Shown here: positions 9,553 through 18,801 of the stretch, piece by piece
Numbering within the stretch: position 1 is the first letter of the stretch
Layout of the letters: every line of letters starts with the position of its first letter
Source: Candidatus Johnevansia muelleri
Lineage (GTDB): Bacteria; Pseudomonadota; Gammaproteobacteria; Johnevansiales; Johnevansiaceae
Length of the DNA stretch: 32,000 nucleotides
NCBI GenBank assembly: GCA_000953435.1
Contig: LM655252.1
Coordinates: 240,001-272,000, forward strand
Reading direction: 5' to 3'
Notes under the pieces: model-generated
What the model saw: only the letters and a program-made list of their open reading frames with translations
What the model was told of the DNA's origin: nothing
Database searches by the model: none
Position numbers and translations under genes: made by a program

Positions 9553-11313
9553 ATGTTTTTATATAAAATATATTTTTTATTTTTTAAAATAATATTTAAA
9601 ATAAAAAAAAATATTATAAAAATATTATTTTTATTATTTTTAAGTTATAAATTTTATATTAAAAAAAAAATAAAAATAATAATTTATTCAGATTTTTTAA
9701 ATGAACTTTACAAAAAAAATGTAAAAAAGATTTTAATTGATGGAGATTATATATATGGAATAACAACAAATAATTTAGAATTTAAAACAATTTTTAATAA
9801 AATATATTTGTCAAAATTAATTAAAATATTAATAAAAAATAATATTAATATAGAATTTTTTAGACAATTTCAATTTTTCAATTTTATTTATTGTAAATAT
9901 TTTTATATAATAATATTTATATTATTTATAATATATCAAATATTTTTTAATAAATCAAATATAAAAAAAAAAAAAAATAAAAACAAAATAAAATTTAATG
10001 ATATAGTCGGTTGTAATGAAGCTAAATTAGAAGTTAAAGAAATAATTGATTTTTTACGTAAACCTGTAAAATTTTTAAAATTAGGTTGTAAAATTCCTAA
10101 AGGAGTATTATTAATTGGACCTCCAGGAACTGGTAAAACTTTATTGGCTAAATCTATTTCAGGAGAAGCTAATGTTCCTTTTTTATATATTTCAGGATCT
10201 GATTTTATTGAAATGTTTGTAGGTATAGGTGCAGCTCGTGTTAGAGATATTTTTAATAAAGCTAAAAAAATATTTCCTTGTATTATATTTATTGATGAAA
10301 TTGATGCAATAGGACGTAAAAGAAATTTAAATATTAATAATGAAGAAAGAGAACAAACCCTTAATCAATTATTAGTTGAAATGGATGGGTTTGAATCTAA
10401 TAATAAAATTATTATTCTTGCAGCTACAAATCGTCCTGAAATACTTGATTTAGCATTATTAAGGCCCGGTAGATTTGATCGTAAAATTTTTATGAATTTA
10501 CCTGATATAAATAATAGAAAAAAAATTATAGAATTATATTTTTCAAAAATACCATTATTCTATAATGTTTATTCTAAAATGTTATCTAAAACTACGTATG
10601 GTTTTTCTGGTGCTGAAATTTATAATATTATTAATGAAGCAGCTATTAATAGTACTAATAAAAATTTAAGATTAATAAGTATGTATGAAATAGAAGAAGC
10701 AAAAGATAAAAATTTAATTGGATTAAAAAATCAGTCATATATTATAGACAAATGTAATACTGCTTATCATGAATCGGGTCACACTATTATAGCTTTATTA
10801 GTTTATAAACATAATCCAGTTTATAAAGTTACAATTATACCCAGAGGAAAAACTTTAGGGGTAACAATGTTTTTCTCTATTAAAGATAATTATAATTTAT
10901 CTTTAATAAATTTAAAAAATCATATTTGTACACTTTTAGCAGGTAGAATAGCTGAGGAAATCACATCAGGATTAAATTATATTACTATTGGTGCTAGTAA
11001 TGATATTAAACAAGCTACAGAATTAGCATATAATATGCTTGCCAAATGGGGATTTTCTTCAAAATTAGGTCCTATTATGTATATACCTGATAATGATAAT
11101 TTAAATATTAAATATGGTAAATTTAGTTCTTCTAAAACTTATAATAAATTTGATTTAGAAATACAAAAAATTATTAATAATTGTTATTTAGATACTAAAA
11201 TAGTATTAAAAACAAAACGTAATCTTTTAAATATTATGTCTAAGGCATTAATATTGTATGAAACAATTTATTATAATCAAATTATAAATATTATGAAATG
11301 TATATTTATATAA
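9553..11313 (+). CDS. ftsH: ATP-dependent zinc metalloprotease FtsH
   Basis: 586 aa. Walker A GPPGTGKT, Walker B IIFIDEID, second region of homology [20 protein letters not shown], and zinc site HESGH (E. coli HEAGH). The N-terminus has two hydrophobic segments. The C-terminal tail is shorter than in E. coli (644 aa). Confidence 0.95.
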   Translation: MFLYKIYFLFFKIIFKIKKNIIKILFLLFLSYKFYIKKKIKIIIYSDFLNELYKKNVKKILIDGDYIYGITTNNLEFKTIFNKIYLSKLIKILIKNNINIEFFRQFQFFNFIYCKYFYIIIFILFIIYQIFFNKSNIKKKKNKNKIKFNDIVGCNEAKLEVKEIIDFLRKPVKFLKLGCKIPKGVLLIGPPGTGKTLLAKSISGEANVPFLYISGSDFIEMFVGIGAARVRDIFNKAKKIFPCIIFIDEIDAIGRKRNLNINNEEREQTLNQLLVEMDGFESNNKIIILAATNRPEILDLALLRPGRFDRKIFMNLPDINNRKKIIELYFSKIPLFYNVYSKMLSKTTYGFSGAEIYNIINEAAINSTNKNLRLISMYEIEEAKDKNLIGLKNQSYIIDKCNTAYHESGHTIIALLVYKHNPVYKVTIIPRGKTLGVTMFFSIKDNYNLSLINLKNHICTLLAGRIAEEITSGLNYITIGASNDIKQATELAYNMLAKWGFSSKLGPIMYIPDNDNLNIKYGKFSSSKTYNKFDLEIQKIINNCYLDTKIVLKTKRNLLNIMSKALILYETIYYNQIINIMKCIFI

Positions 11314-11411
11314 AAATTTACAAATTTTTATAAATAATATATTATATTAACAATATGGAATTAATTTTCTAATTCATGTTAAGATATTTATCTATAAAAT
11401 AAATATTTTTT

Positions 11412-11496
11412 GCCGAAGTGGTGAAATTGGTATACACGCTATCTTGAGGGGGTAGTGACGAATATAGTCATGCGGGTTCAAATCCCGCCTTCGGTA
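11412..11496 (+). tRNA. leuU: tRNA-Leu, anticodon GAG (class II, long variable arm)
   Basis: Hand-folded. Acceptor GCCGAAG/CTTCGGT (G1:U72 wobble). Anticodon stem CTATC/GGTAG with loop TTGAGGG. Variable arm TGAC-GAATATA-GTCA. T-arm GCGGG-TTCAAAT-CCCGC. Discriminator A. It occupies the position of E. coli leuU (downstream of ftsH...secG, upstream of the infB operon). Confidence 0.9.
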
Positions 11497-11534
11497 AAAA
11501 GTAAAATTATTAATTATTAAGATTAGTTATTTTT

Positions 11535-13640
11535 ATGATTAAAAATAAAGTAAAAAATTTTCAAAATCAAACTTTTTATAAAAAAATAATATTTGATTTA
11601 GATTATATGGAAATGTTGTATTTTAATGTAGATTTTAATTGTGAAAAAAATATTGAAAATAATATTAAAAAAAATATAAAAAAAAATATTAAAAAAAATA
11701 TTAAAAAAAATATTGAAAATAATATGGAAAATATTAAAAAAAATATTGAAAAGAATATTAAAAAAAATATTAAAAAAAATCTTGAAAATAATATTAAAAA
11801 AAATATTGAAAATAATATTGAAAATAATATTGAAAATCATATTAAAAAAAATATTAAAAAAAATATTAAAAAAAATATTAAAAAAAATCTTGAAAATAAT
11901 ATTGAAAACAATATTAATGAAAAACCCCAATTTATTAGTAAAGAAATAAAAATTCCTAATTATATAATTATTACAGATTTAGCTCAAAAAATGTCAATTA
12001 ATGTAAGTGAACTTATTAAAGTTATATTTAATATGGGATATATTATTACTATAAATGATAAAATTGATAAAAATACTGCTTGTTTAATAGTTAAAAATAT
12101 AGGTCATACACCTATATTAGATAACAATGATAATGATATAGAAAAAATTAAAGTAATCAAAAAAAACTATACATATAAAGATACAGACTTTTATAGAGCA
12201 CCTATTGTAACATTTATGGGACATGTAGATCATGGAAAAACCTCATTATTAGATTATATTTTATCTAAAAAAAACACAGAAAAAGAAGTAGGTGGTATTA
12301 CTCAATATCTTAGTGTTTTTAATATTATTTATAATAAAACCCCAATTACATTTATTGATACTCCTGGCCATGCCGCTTTTTCTTATATGAGAATTATAAG
12401 TATTAAAGCAACAGATATAATTGTATTAGTTATTGCTGCTGATGATGGTATAATGCCTCAAACCATTGAATCAATAAAATATATTAAAAAAAGTAATATA
12501 TCTTTAATAATTGCTATAAATAAAATAGATATTACAGATGCAAGTGAAAATATTAAAATGATTCATAAAAAACTTTTAGTATATAATATAATTTCTGACG
12601 ATAAATATAATGGTAATACAAAATTTGTTTTAGTTTCAGCAAAAACAGGTGAAGGAATAAATGATTTATTAAAAGCGATTTTATCAGTTTCTGAAAAAAT
12701 TAAATTAATTTATGTTCCTACTGCTCCTGCTCAAGGTATTGTAATTGAATCTAAAATGGATAAAGGTTATGGATTAATAATTAAAGGATTAGTTTTAAAT
12801 GGAACTCTTAAAAAAAGAGATATGTTACGAATTGGAAATTATTATGGTAAAGTTCGTATATTAATTAATGACGAAGGAAAGAAAGTAAATGAAGTAGGAC
12901 CTTCTATACCTATTGAAATTATTGGAATTAATGGAATTATTGAATCAGGTGATGAATTTAATACAATAAATAATGAAAATAAAATAATAAAGATTATAAA
13001 CTTAACAAATAATAATATTTTACCTCTTAATAATATTAAAAATATTTATAAATTACATTTTTTAATAAAAACAGATGTAAAAGGTATTTTAAAAGCAATA
13101 AATAATGCATTAAAGAATTTTTCTAATGATAAAATAAATATAATTATTTTATCATCAAATATTGGTAATATTAATGTTGCAGACGTTAAATTAGTACGTA
13201 GTTATAATGGAATTATAATAGCTTTTAATGTTAAAGCAGAGACTGCTGCAATAGAAATTATTAAACGTGAATCAATAATTATTTTATATCATAATATAAT
13301 TTATAAATTATTAGATGAAATTAAAAAAATTTTAAATTTTTTAATTTCTCCAGAAATTATAACTACTATAGTAGGGGTAGCTATAGTAAAAAATATTTTT
13401 AATCAAAATAAATTAGGTATTATAGCCGGGTGTATAATTACTGAAGGTACTATTTATAAAGGTAATAAAATTCGTATTATAAGAGATAATCAACTTATTT
13501 TTCAAGGTATATTAGAATCTATAAGATATTTAAAAGAAAATATAAAAGAAGCCAAATTAGGTAATGAATGTGGTATTATAATAAAAAATTTTAATACTAT
13601 AAAAATTGGTGATAAAATCGAAGTTTTACAAAAAAATTAA
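11535..13640 (+). CDS. infB: Translation initiation factor IF-2
   Basis: 701 aa. G-domain GHVDHGKTSLLDYI, DTPGHAAF and NKID. The C-terminal domains are collinear with E. coli IF2 to the end. The N-terminal region is replaced by a low-complexity repeat (see the repeat feature). E. coli IF2 is 890 aa. Confidence 0.95.
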   Translation: MIKNKVKNFQNQTFYKKIIFDLDYMEMLYFNVDFNCEKNIENNIKKNIKKNIKKNIKKNIENNMENIKKNIEKNIKKNIKKNLENNIKKNIENNIENNIENHIKKNIKKNIKKNIKKNLENNIENNINEKPQFISKEIKIPNYIIITDLAQKMSINVSELIKVIFNMGYIITINDKIDKNTACLIVKNIGHTPILDNNDNDIEKIKVIKKNYTYKDTDFYRAPIVTFMGHVDHGKTSLLDYILSKKNTEKEVGGITQYLSVFNIIYNKTPITFIDTPGHAAFSYMRIISIKATDIIVLVIAADDGIMPQTIESIKYIKKSNISLIIAINKIDITDASENIKMIHKKLLVYNIISDDKYNGNTKFVLVSAKTGEGINDLLKAILSVSEKIKLIYVPTAPAQGIVIESKMDKGYGLIIKGLVLNGTLKKRDMLRIGNYYGKVRILINDEGKKVNEVGPSIPIEIIGINGIIESGDEFNTINNENKIIKIINLTNNNILPLNNIKNIYKLHFLIKTDVKGILKAINNALKNFSNDKINIIILSSNIGNINVADVKLVRSYNGIIIAFNVKAETAAIEIIKRESIIILYHNIIYKLLDEIKKILNFLISPEIITTIVGVAIVKNIFNQNKLGIIAGCIITEGTIYKGNKIRIIRDNQLIFQGILESIRYLKENIKEAKLGNECGIIIKNFNTIKIGDKIEVLQKN
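11649..11921 (+). repeat. In-frame 12-nt tandem repeat (about 23 units encoding NIKK/NIEN variants) inside infB
   Basis: Units are AATATTAAAAAA / AATATTGAAAAT and variants. The protein reads NIEN-NIKK-NIKK-NIKK-NIKK-NIEN-NME-NIKK-NIEK-NIKK-NIKK-NLEN-NIKK-NIEN-NIEN-NIEN-HIKK-NIKK-NIKK-NIKK-NLEN-NIEN-NINE (aa 39-129). One unit is 9 nt, so the reading frame is preserved. Confidence 0.9.
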
Positions 13641-13659
13641 TTTTTATAATTAATAGCAT

Positions 13660-13944
13660 ATGATTTTATTTAATAAATCCCTTAAAATAGCTAAAAAAAT
13701 TAAAAAAGAAATTATTTTAATATTTAAATATAAAATAAAAGATCCTAGATTAACTAATATAAATATTAGTTTTATAAATATTAATAATGATTTGAAATAT
13801 ATTGATATTTATTTTTTTAAAAATTTTAATTTTATTAAAAATTTTAAAAAAATTTCAGGATTTTTAAAATATCAACTTTCTTGTAGATTAAAAATTAGTT
13901 ATATACCAGAATTAAGATTTTTTTATGATAATAGTATAATATAA
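13660..13944 (+). CDS. rbfA: Ribosome-binding factor A (C-terminally shortened)
   Basis: 94 aa versus 133 in E. coli. KKEIILIF..IKDPRL and IPELRFFYDNS match E. coli QKEIALILQREIKDPRL and VPELTFFYDNS. It sits right after infB, as in E. coli. Confidence 0.85.
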   Translation: MILFNKSLKIAKKIKKEIILIFKYKIKDPRLTNINISFININNDLKYIDIYFFKNFNFIKNFKKISGFLKYQLSCRLKISYIPELRFFYDNSII

Positions 13945-14003
13945 ATGAATTTTAATACTTATAAAGTTATAAATTATTCGTAAAATATTAAAAATAAAAA
14001 AAA

Positions 14004-14030
14004 TTGTCCATTCGGTAGGTAACATATTAT
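14004..14030 (+). promoter_or_regulatory. Candidate sigma70-type promoter for rpsO (weak call)
   Basis: TTGTCC (14004-14009), a 15-nt spacer, then TATTAT (14025-14030), about 33 nt upstream of the rpsO ATG. It lies in a locally G/C-richer patch (TTGTCCATTCGGTAGGTAAC) of an otherwise A/T-only spacer. -10-like hexamers are abundant in this composition, so specificity is low. Confidence 0.25.
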
Positions 14031-14062
14031 TATGGTAAAATTAAAAATTTAAGGAATATATT

Positions 14063-14332
14063 ATGACTATTTCATTTACACATAAAATAAAAATTATTAA
14101 AAATTTTGGATTATCAATAAATAATACAGGGGCTACTGAAGTTCAAATAGCTTTATTAACAGCAAATATTATTAAATTACAATATCATTTTAAAACAAAT
14201 AAAAATGATTTTCATTCTCGTCGTGGCTTAATGGGCATGGTTAATAAACGTCGTAAATTGTTAATTTATTTAAAAAATAAAGATAAAGACAATTATCTTT
14301 CTTTAATTAAAAATTTAAAAATTAGGAGATAG
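14063..14332 (+). CDS. rpsO: 30S ribosomal protein S15
   Basis: 89 aa, the same length as E. coli S15. TGATEVQIALLTA, HSRRGL and KRRKLL-YLK are conserved. AAGGA SD at 14051-14055. Confidence 0.97.
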   Translation: MTISFTHKIKIIKNFGLSINNTGATEVQIALLTANIIKLQYHFKTNKNDFHSRRGLMGMVNKRRKLLIYLKNKDKDNYLSLIKNLKIRR

Positions 14333-14550
14333 TTATTTTAGTTTATGTACTATAATTTTAAATACAAATTTACAATTTGCTTATCATATATTTAAATTTA
14401 ATATTATAAGCACGTATTAAAGCTTTTTGAATTTAATCCTGATTCATCATAACCACCAAACAATGCATAGTAAATAAAGCAAAATACATAGGAATAAGCA
14501 AATTAACAAAAAACATTAATATTATTTAAATTTCTTAATATAAGATATTT

Positions 14551-15306
14551 ATGAAGGGATTTTATCCTGAAAAAATTTTAAATATTTATCATTGGAATAA
14601 AACATTATTTAGTTTTAAAACTACTAGAGAACGTACATTACATTTTAAAAATGGCCAATTTCTAATGATTGGTATTTTTATTAATAAAAATTTAATAATA
14701 CGTGCATATTCAATTGTTAGTCCTAATTATATTAATTATTTTGAATTTTTATCAATTAAAGTTATAAATGGAAAACTCACTTCTATATTACAAAATATTA
14801 AAATAGGTGATATAATTTTTATTAGTAATAAACCTACTGGAACTATTGTGATTGATAATTTACATAATGGTCGTTATTTATATATGTTTTCTACTGGTAC
14901 TGGAATTGCGCCATTTATTAGTTTAATTCAAGATCATGAATTATATTATCGTTTTGATAAAATTATTTTAATACACGGTACACGTTATATTAATGATTTA
15001 GTTTATAATTATTTTATAAAAAAAGAATTACCCCAAAATAAATATATTGGTAAAAAATTAATAAAAAACCTTATTTATTATACTACTGTTACACGTGAAA
15101 AATATTTAAATATTGGCCGTATTACTGAACATATTAATAGTGGTAAATTATTTCAAGATATTGCAATACCTATAATAAATCCAAAATATGATATAGCTAT
15201 GATTTGTGGAAGTCCTAATATGATTAAAGAAATTACCAATATACTTAATTACAAAGGTTTTAAAAGTTCAATAGGGGATTATGTTATAGAACGTGCATTT
15301 ATATAA
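14551..15306 (+). CDS. fpr: Ferredoxin/flavodoxin--NADP+ reductase
   Basis: 251 aa (E. coli Fpr 248). Collinear with E. coli Fpr: W-..LFSF, FAD site RAYS-VS, GKL(T/S), NADP site STGTGIAP, and CG(S/N)P-M. Confidence 0.9.
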   Translation: MKGFYPEKILNIYHWNKTLFSFKTTRERTLHFKNGQFLMIGIFINKNLIIRAYSIVSPNYINYFEFLSIKVINGKLTSILQNIKIGDIIFISNKPTGTIVIDNLHNGRYLYMFSTGTGIAPFISLIQDHELYYRFDKIILIHGTRYINDLVYNYFIKKELPQNKYIGKKLIKNLIYYTTVTREKYLNIGRITEHINSGKLFQDIAIPIINPKYDIAMICGSPNMIKEITNILNYKGFKSSIGDYVIERAFI

Positions 15307-15309
15307 ATC

Positions 15310-15975
15310 ATGTATAAAAAAAAAATAATAAGTATTAAAAGTTATGTATTACGTTGTGGTAAAAATATTACATTATTACATAAATATATAATTAAAAAAA
15401 AATTTAATAAATTTAAATTAAATATTAATAAATATATTAATTTTAAACAATTATTTGGTTTTAAAAAAATTGTTATAGATATTGGTTTTGGAATGGGAGA
15501 TTCATTAATAAATCAAGCTATAAATAATCCTAATATAATATATATTGGAATTGAAGTATATTTACCAGGTATTATAAGAATTATAAATATATTAAACAAA
15601 AATAATATTAAAAATGTAAAAATTATTATAGGTGATGCTGTATTAATATTAAAAAAATTTTTTAATAATTCAATAGATAATATTCAAATATTTTTTCCAG
15701 ATCCATGGCCTAAAATAAAACATAATAAACGTAGAATAATTTTTTTATCAGGATTTATTATAAATATAATTCGTTGTTTAAAAAAAGAAGGTATATTACA
15801 TATAGTTACTGATAATAAAAATTACGCTCTAAAAATAATTAATTTTTTGGAAAATACAAAATTATATTATATTAAAAAAAAAAATATATCAAGACCCATT
15901 ACAAAATATGAACAAATAAGTAAAAAATTAGGAAATAAAATTTGGGAAATGATTTTTTATAAATATATTTATTAA
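15310..15975 (+). CDS. trmB: tRNA (guanine46-N7)-methyltransferase
   Basis: 221 aa. IGFGMG, GIEV and FFPDPWPKIKHNKRRI (E. coli FFPDPWHKARHNKRRI), TD, and RPITKYEQ (E. coli RPVTKFEQ). Confidence 0.9.
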   Translation: MYKKKIISIKSYVLRCGKNITLLHKYIIKKKFNKFKLNINKYINFKQLFGFKKIVIDIGFGMGDSLINQAINNPNIIYIGIEVYLPGIIRIINILNKNNIKNVKIIIGDAVLILKKFFNNSIDNIQIFFPDPWPKIKHNKRRIIFLSGFIINIIRCLKKEGILHIVTDNKNYALKIINFLENTKLYYIKKKNISRPITKYEQISKKLGNKIWEMIFYKYIY

Positions 15976-16019
15976 TTAATTTAATTAAAATAATTTTTAT
16001 ATAATATAAATATATAAAT

Positions 16020-16394
16020 ATGATATTACAATATTATGGTATTTTTTTTTTTATTTTAGTTACTATTATATTACTAATTTTAATAATTAGTATATCTAGT
16101 TTATTAGGTGGGATTTCTGTTGGATATCAAAAAAATATACCTTTTGAATCGGGGATTTTAGAAACTGGTAATGCTCGTATTCGTTTTCCAATTAAATATT
16201 ATTTAGTAGGAATAATTTTTGTTATTTTTGATATAGAAACAATTTATTTATTAAATTGGTCTATATCAGTTAGAGAATTAGGTTGGCAAGGATTTTGGTG
16301 TGCTACTATTTATATTATAATATTATTAATAGGATTATATTATGATATTAATTTAGGTATATTAAATTGGAATTCAGAAAAAAAATTTAAATAA
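16020..16394 (+). CDS. nuoA: NADH-quinone oxidoreductase subunit A
   Basis: 124 aa with three hydrophobic segments. KNIPFESG...KYYLVGIIFVIFDIETIYL aligns with E. coli NuoA KNVPFESG...KFYLVAMFFVIFDVEALYL. Confidence 0.93.
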   Translation: MILQYYGIFFFILVTIILLILIISISSLLGGISVGYQKNIPFESGILETGNARIRFPIKYYLVGIIFVIFDIETIYLLNWSISVRELGWQGFWCATIYIIILLIGLYYDINLGILNWNSEKKFK

Positions 16395-16412
16395 TTTATT
16401 AAGAGGTATAAA

Positions 16413-17027
16413 TTGTTTAATTTATCTGAAGATATTATAAAACAACAACTATGTCGTAATATTCTAATGGCTAAATTAGAAGATTTTATTAGATTAATAG
16501 TAAATTGGGGCAGAAAAAATTCATTATGGCCTTATAATTTTGGTCTTTCGTGTTGTTATGTAGAAATGACAACTGCTTTTACATCTCCTCATGATATAGC
16601 AAGATTTGGTTCTGAAGTAATTAGAGCTTCTCCAAGACAAGCAGATTTTATGGTTATTGCAGGTACGTGTTTTATTAAAATGGCACCAGTTATTAAACAA
16701 CTTTATGATCAAATGCTTGAACCAAAATGGGTAATTTCTATGGGTTCATGTGCAAATTCTGGAGGGATGTATGATATATATTCAGTTGTTCAAGGTGTTG
16801 ATAAATTTTTACCAGTTGATATTTATATTCCAGGATGTCCTCCTAGACCAGAAGCTTTTTTAGAAGGATTACAATTACTTCAAAATTCTATTAAAGAAGA
16901 ACGTAGACCATTATCATGGATAATAGGAAATCAAGGGATTTATCGTTCTGAACTTTATAAAAATAAATTAAGTTTACATAATAATAGTCTTAAAAAAAAA
17001 TATTTTAGAAAAACCAATGAAATATAA
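16413..17027 (+). CDS. nuoB: NADH-quinone oxidoreductase subunit B
   Basis: 204 aa. TTG start with AAGAGG SD at 16401-16406. [37 protein letters not shown] and PGCPPRPE are nearly identical to E. coli NuoB (N2 cluster cysteines). Confidence 0.96.
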   Translation: MFNLSEDIIKQQLCRNILMAKLEDFIRLIVNWGRKNSLWPYNFGLSCCYVEMTTAFTSPHDIARFGSEVIRASPRQADFMVIAGTCFIKMAPVIKQLYDQMLEPKWVISMGSCANSGGMYDIYSVVQGVDKFLPVDIYIPGCPPRPEAFLEGLQLLQNSIKEERRPLSWIIGNQGIYRSELYKNKLSLHNNSLKKKYFRKTNEI

Positions 17028-17045
17028 ATTAAAAGGCTAATTAAT

Positions 17046-18782
17046 ATGAATTCGAAAATTCTAAAAGTAATTTATAAAAAATTTGGTGATTGTTTTATTT
17101 ATCAAAAAACATTAATGAATATTCCTGTTATATGGATAAATAGAAATATGTTATTAAATATAATGAAATTTTTACGTAAAGGTAAATATTCTTTTGATAT
17201 GCTATTTGATTTACATGCTATTGATGAACGTTTTAGAAATAATAGAGATGGTTTACCTAAATCTGCATTTACAGTTTTTTATCATATTCTTTCTTTTAAT
17301 TATAATGATTTAATGATTAAAGTATCATTATTGGATGAATCAGATATATGGCTACCATCTATTACAAATATTTGGAAAAATGCAAATTGGTATGAACGTG
17401 AAGTATTTGATATGTTTGGTATTAACTTTAAAGGACATCCTGATTTACGTCGTATTTTAATGCCTTTTACGTGGAAAGGACATCCTCTTAGAAAAGATTA
17501 TTATTCTCGTGCTACGGAATGTGATCCTTTTAATATGACAAATGAAAAACAATATATTGAACAAGAAGCACTTAGGTTTTATCCAGAAAAATGGGGTATG
17601 AAATTGGAAAATAATAATCAAGATTATATGTTTTTAAATTTTGGACCTAATCATCCATCAGCTCATGGTGCATTTCGTATATTTCTTCAATTATATGGTG
17701 AAGAAATAGTAGATTGTGTCCCCGATATTGGTTATCACCATAGAGGGGCAGAAAAAATTGGAGAACGTCAAACATGGCATAGTTATATTCCTTATACCGA
17801 TAGAATAGATTACACTGGTGGGGTAATTAATAATTTACCATATATTTTAGCAGTTGAAAAATTAGCAAATATTGAAATACCTGAACGTGCGAAAATAATT
17901 AGAGTTATGATGTCAGAAATTTCTCGTATAAATAGTCATTTATTATTTTTAGGTACTTATTTACAAGATTTAGGTGCTATGACTCCAGTATTTTTTACTT
18001 TTACTGATCGGCAAAAAGCTTACGAAATAATTGAATCAATTACTGGGTCTCGTATGCATCCAGCATGGTTTCGTATTGGAGGTGTTGCACAAGACTTACC
18101 TAAAGGATGGGATAGATTAATTAAATCATTTATTAAATATATGCCTAAACGGTTAAATGAATATAAATTAGCAATGATGGATAATGCTATAATAAAAAAA
18201 AGAACCCGGTTTATAGCTATATATAATACAAAAGAAGCATTAGAATGGGGAATTACAGGACCTAATTTACGGTCTACAGGATTTAGTTTTGATGTACGTA
18301 AACATAGACCTTATTCTGGCTATGAAAATTTTGATTTTGAAATACCTATTGGTAATAATGGAGATGTTTATGATAGGGGAATAATACGTATAGAAGAAAT
18401 GTATCAAAGTTTAATAATTATTGAACAATGTATAAAAAATATGCCTGAAGGAAATTATAAATCTGATAATTTATTTACAATACCTCCATTGCGAAAAAAA
18501 ATGATGTATAATATAGAAGATTTAATTAATCATTTTTTACAAGTTTCTTGGGGAACAATTTTTAAACCTAATGAGTCATTTCAAATGATTGAAGCAACAA
18601 AAGGTATAAATAGTTATTACTTAATTTCAGATGGTAATAATACTAGTTATCGTACACGTATAAGAACACCTAGTTATCCTAATTTACAACATATTCGTGA
18701 AGTAATAAAAGGTGCTTGTTTTCAAGATATGATAGCTCATATTGCTAGTATTGATTTTGTTATGTCTGATGTAGATAGATAA
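17046..18782 (+). CDS. nuoC: NADH-quinone oxidoreductase fused subunit C/D
   Basis: A single 578-aa ORF. The NuoC-like half carries [13 protein letters not shown]. The NuoD-like half carries [13 protein letters not shown] and HRGAEK and ends VMSDVDR. The fusion is as in E. coli and Buchnera-type complex I. Confidence 0.96.
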   Translation: MNSKILKVIYKKFGDCFIYQKTLMNIPVIWINRNMLLNIMKFLRKGKYSFDMLFDLHAIDERFRNNRDGLPKSAFTVFYHILSFNYNDLMIKVSLLDESDIWLPSITNIWKNANWYEREVFDMFGINFKGHPDLRRILMPFTWKGHPLRKDYYSRATECDPFNMTNEKQYIEQEALRFYPEKWGMKLENNNQDYMFLNFGPNHPSAHGAFRIFLQLYGEEIVDCVPDIGYHHRGAEKIGERQTWHSYIPYTDRIDYTGGVINNLPYILAVEKLANIEIPERAKIIRVMMSEISRINSHLLFLGTYLQDLGAMTPVFFTFTDRQKAYEIIESITGSRMHPAWFRIGGVAQDLPKGWDRLIKSFIKYMPKRLNEYKLAMMDNAIIKKRTRFIAIYNTKEALEWGITGPNLRSTGFSFDVRKHRPYSGYENFDFEIPIGNNGDVYDRGIIRIEEMYQSLIIIEQCIKNMPEGNYKSDNLFTIPPLRKKMMYNIEDLINHFLQVSWGTIFKPNESFQMIEATKGINSYYLISDGNNTSYRTRIRTPSYPNLQHIREVIKGACFQDMIAHIASIDFVMSDVDR

Positions 18783-18801
18783 ATATATTTAGGTAAATAA
18801 A

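Noticed and set aside
11358-11375. Rho-independent terminator after ftsH (GAATTA-ATTTTC-TAATTC hairpin), and similar A/T palindromes elsewhere (for example AAAGCTTT near 14421)
   Set aside because: The stems are 6 bp of almost pure A/T, with no following U-tract that stands out from the background. Such palindromes are frequent at this base composition. I could not support any terminator call in the window.
11598-11949. ORFs 11598..11930 (-) and 11713..11949 (+) from the six-frame track
   Set aside because: Both are alternative-frame or antisense readings of the 12-nt infB repeat (FNIFFNI... and KILKKILK...). They exist only because the A/T-rich repeat lacks stops in several frames. The infB frame is the one that continues into the conserved IF2 domains.
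14433-14516. Calling the 27-codon hydrophobic minus-strand ORF a real gene
   Set aside because: It has no Shine-Dalgarno and no homologue that I recognise. ORFs of this size arise easily by chance. It is kept only as part of the finding on the orphan spacer, not as a feature.
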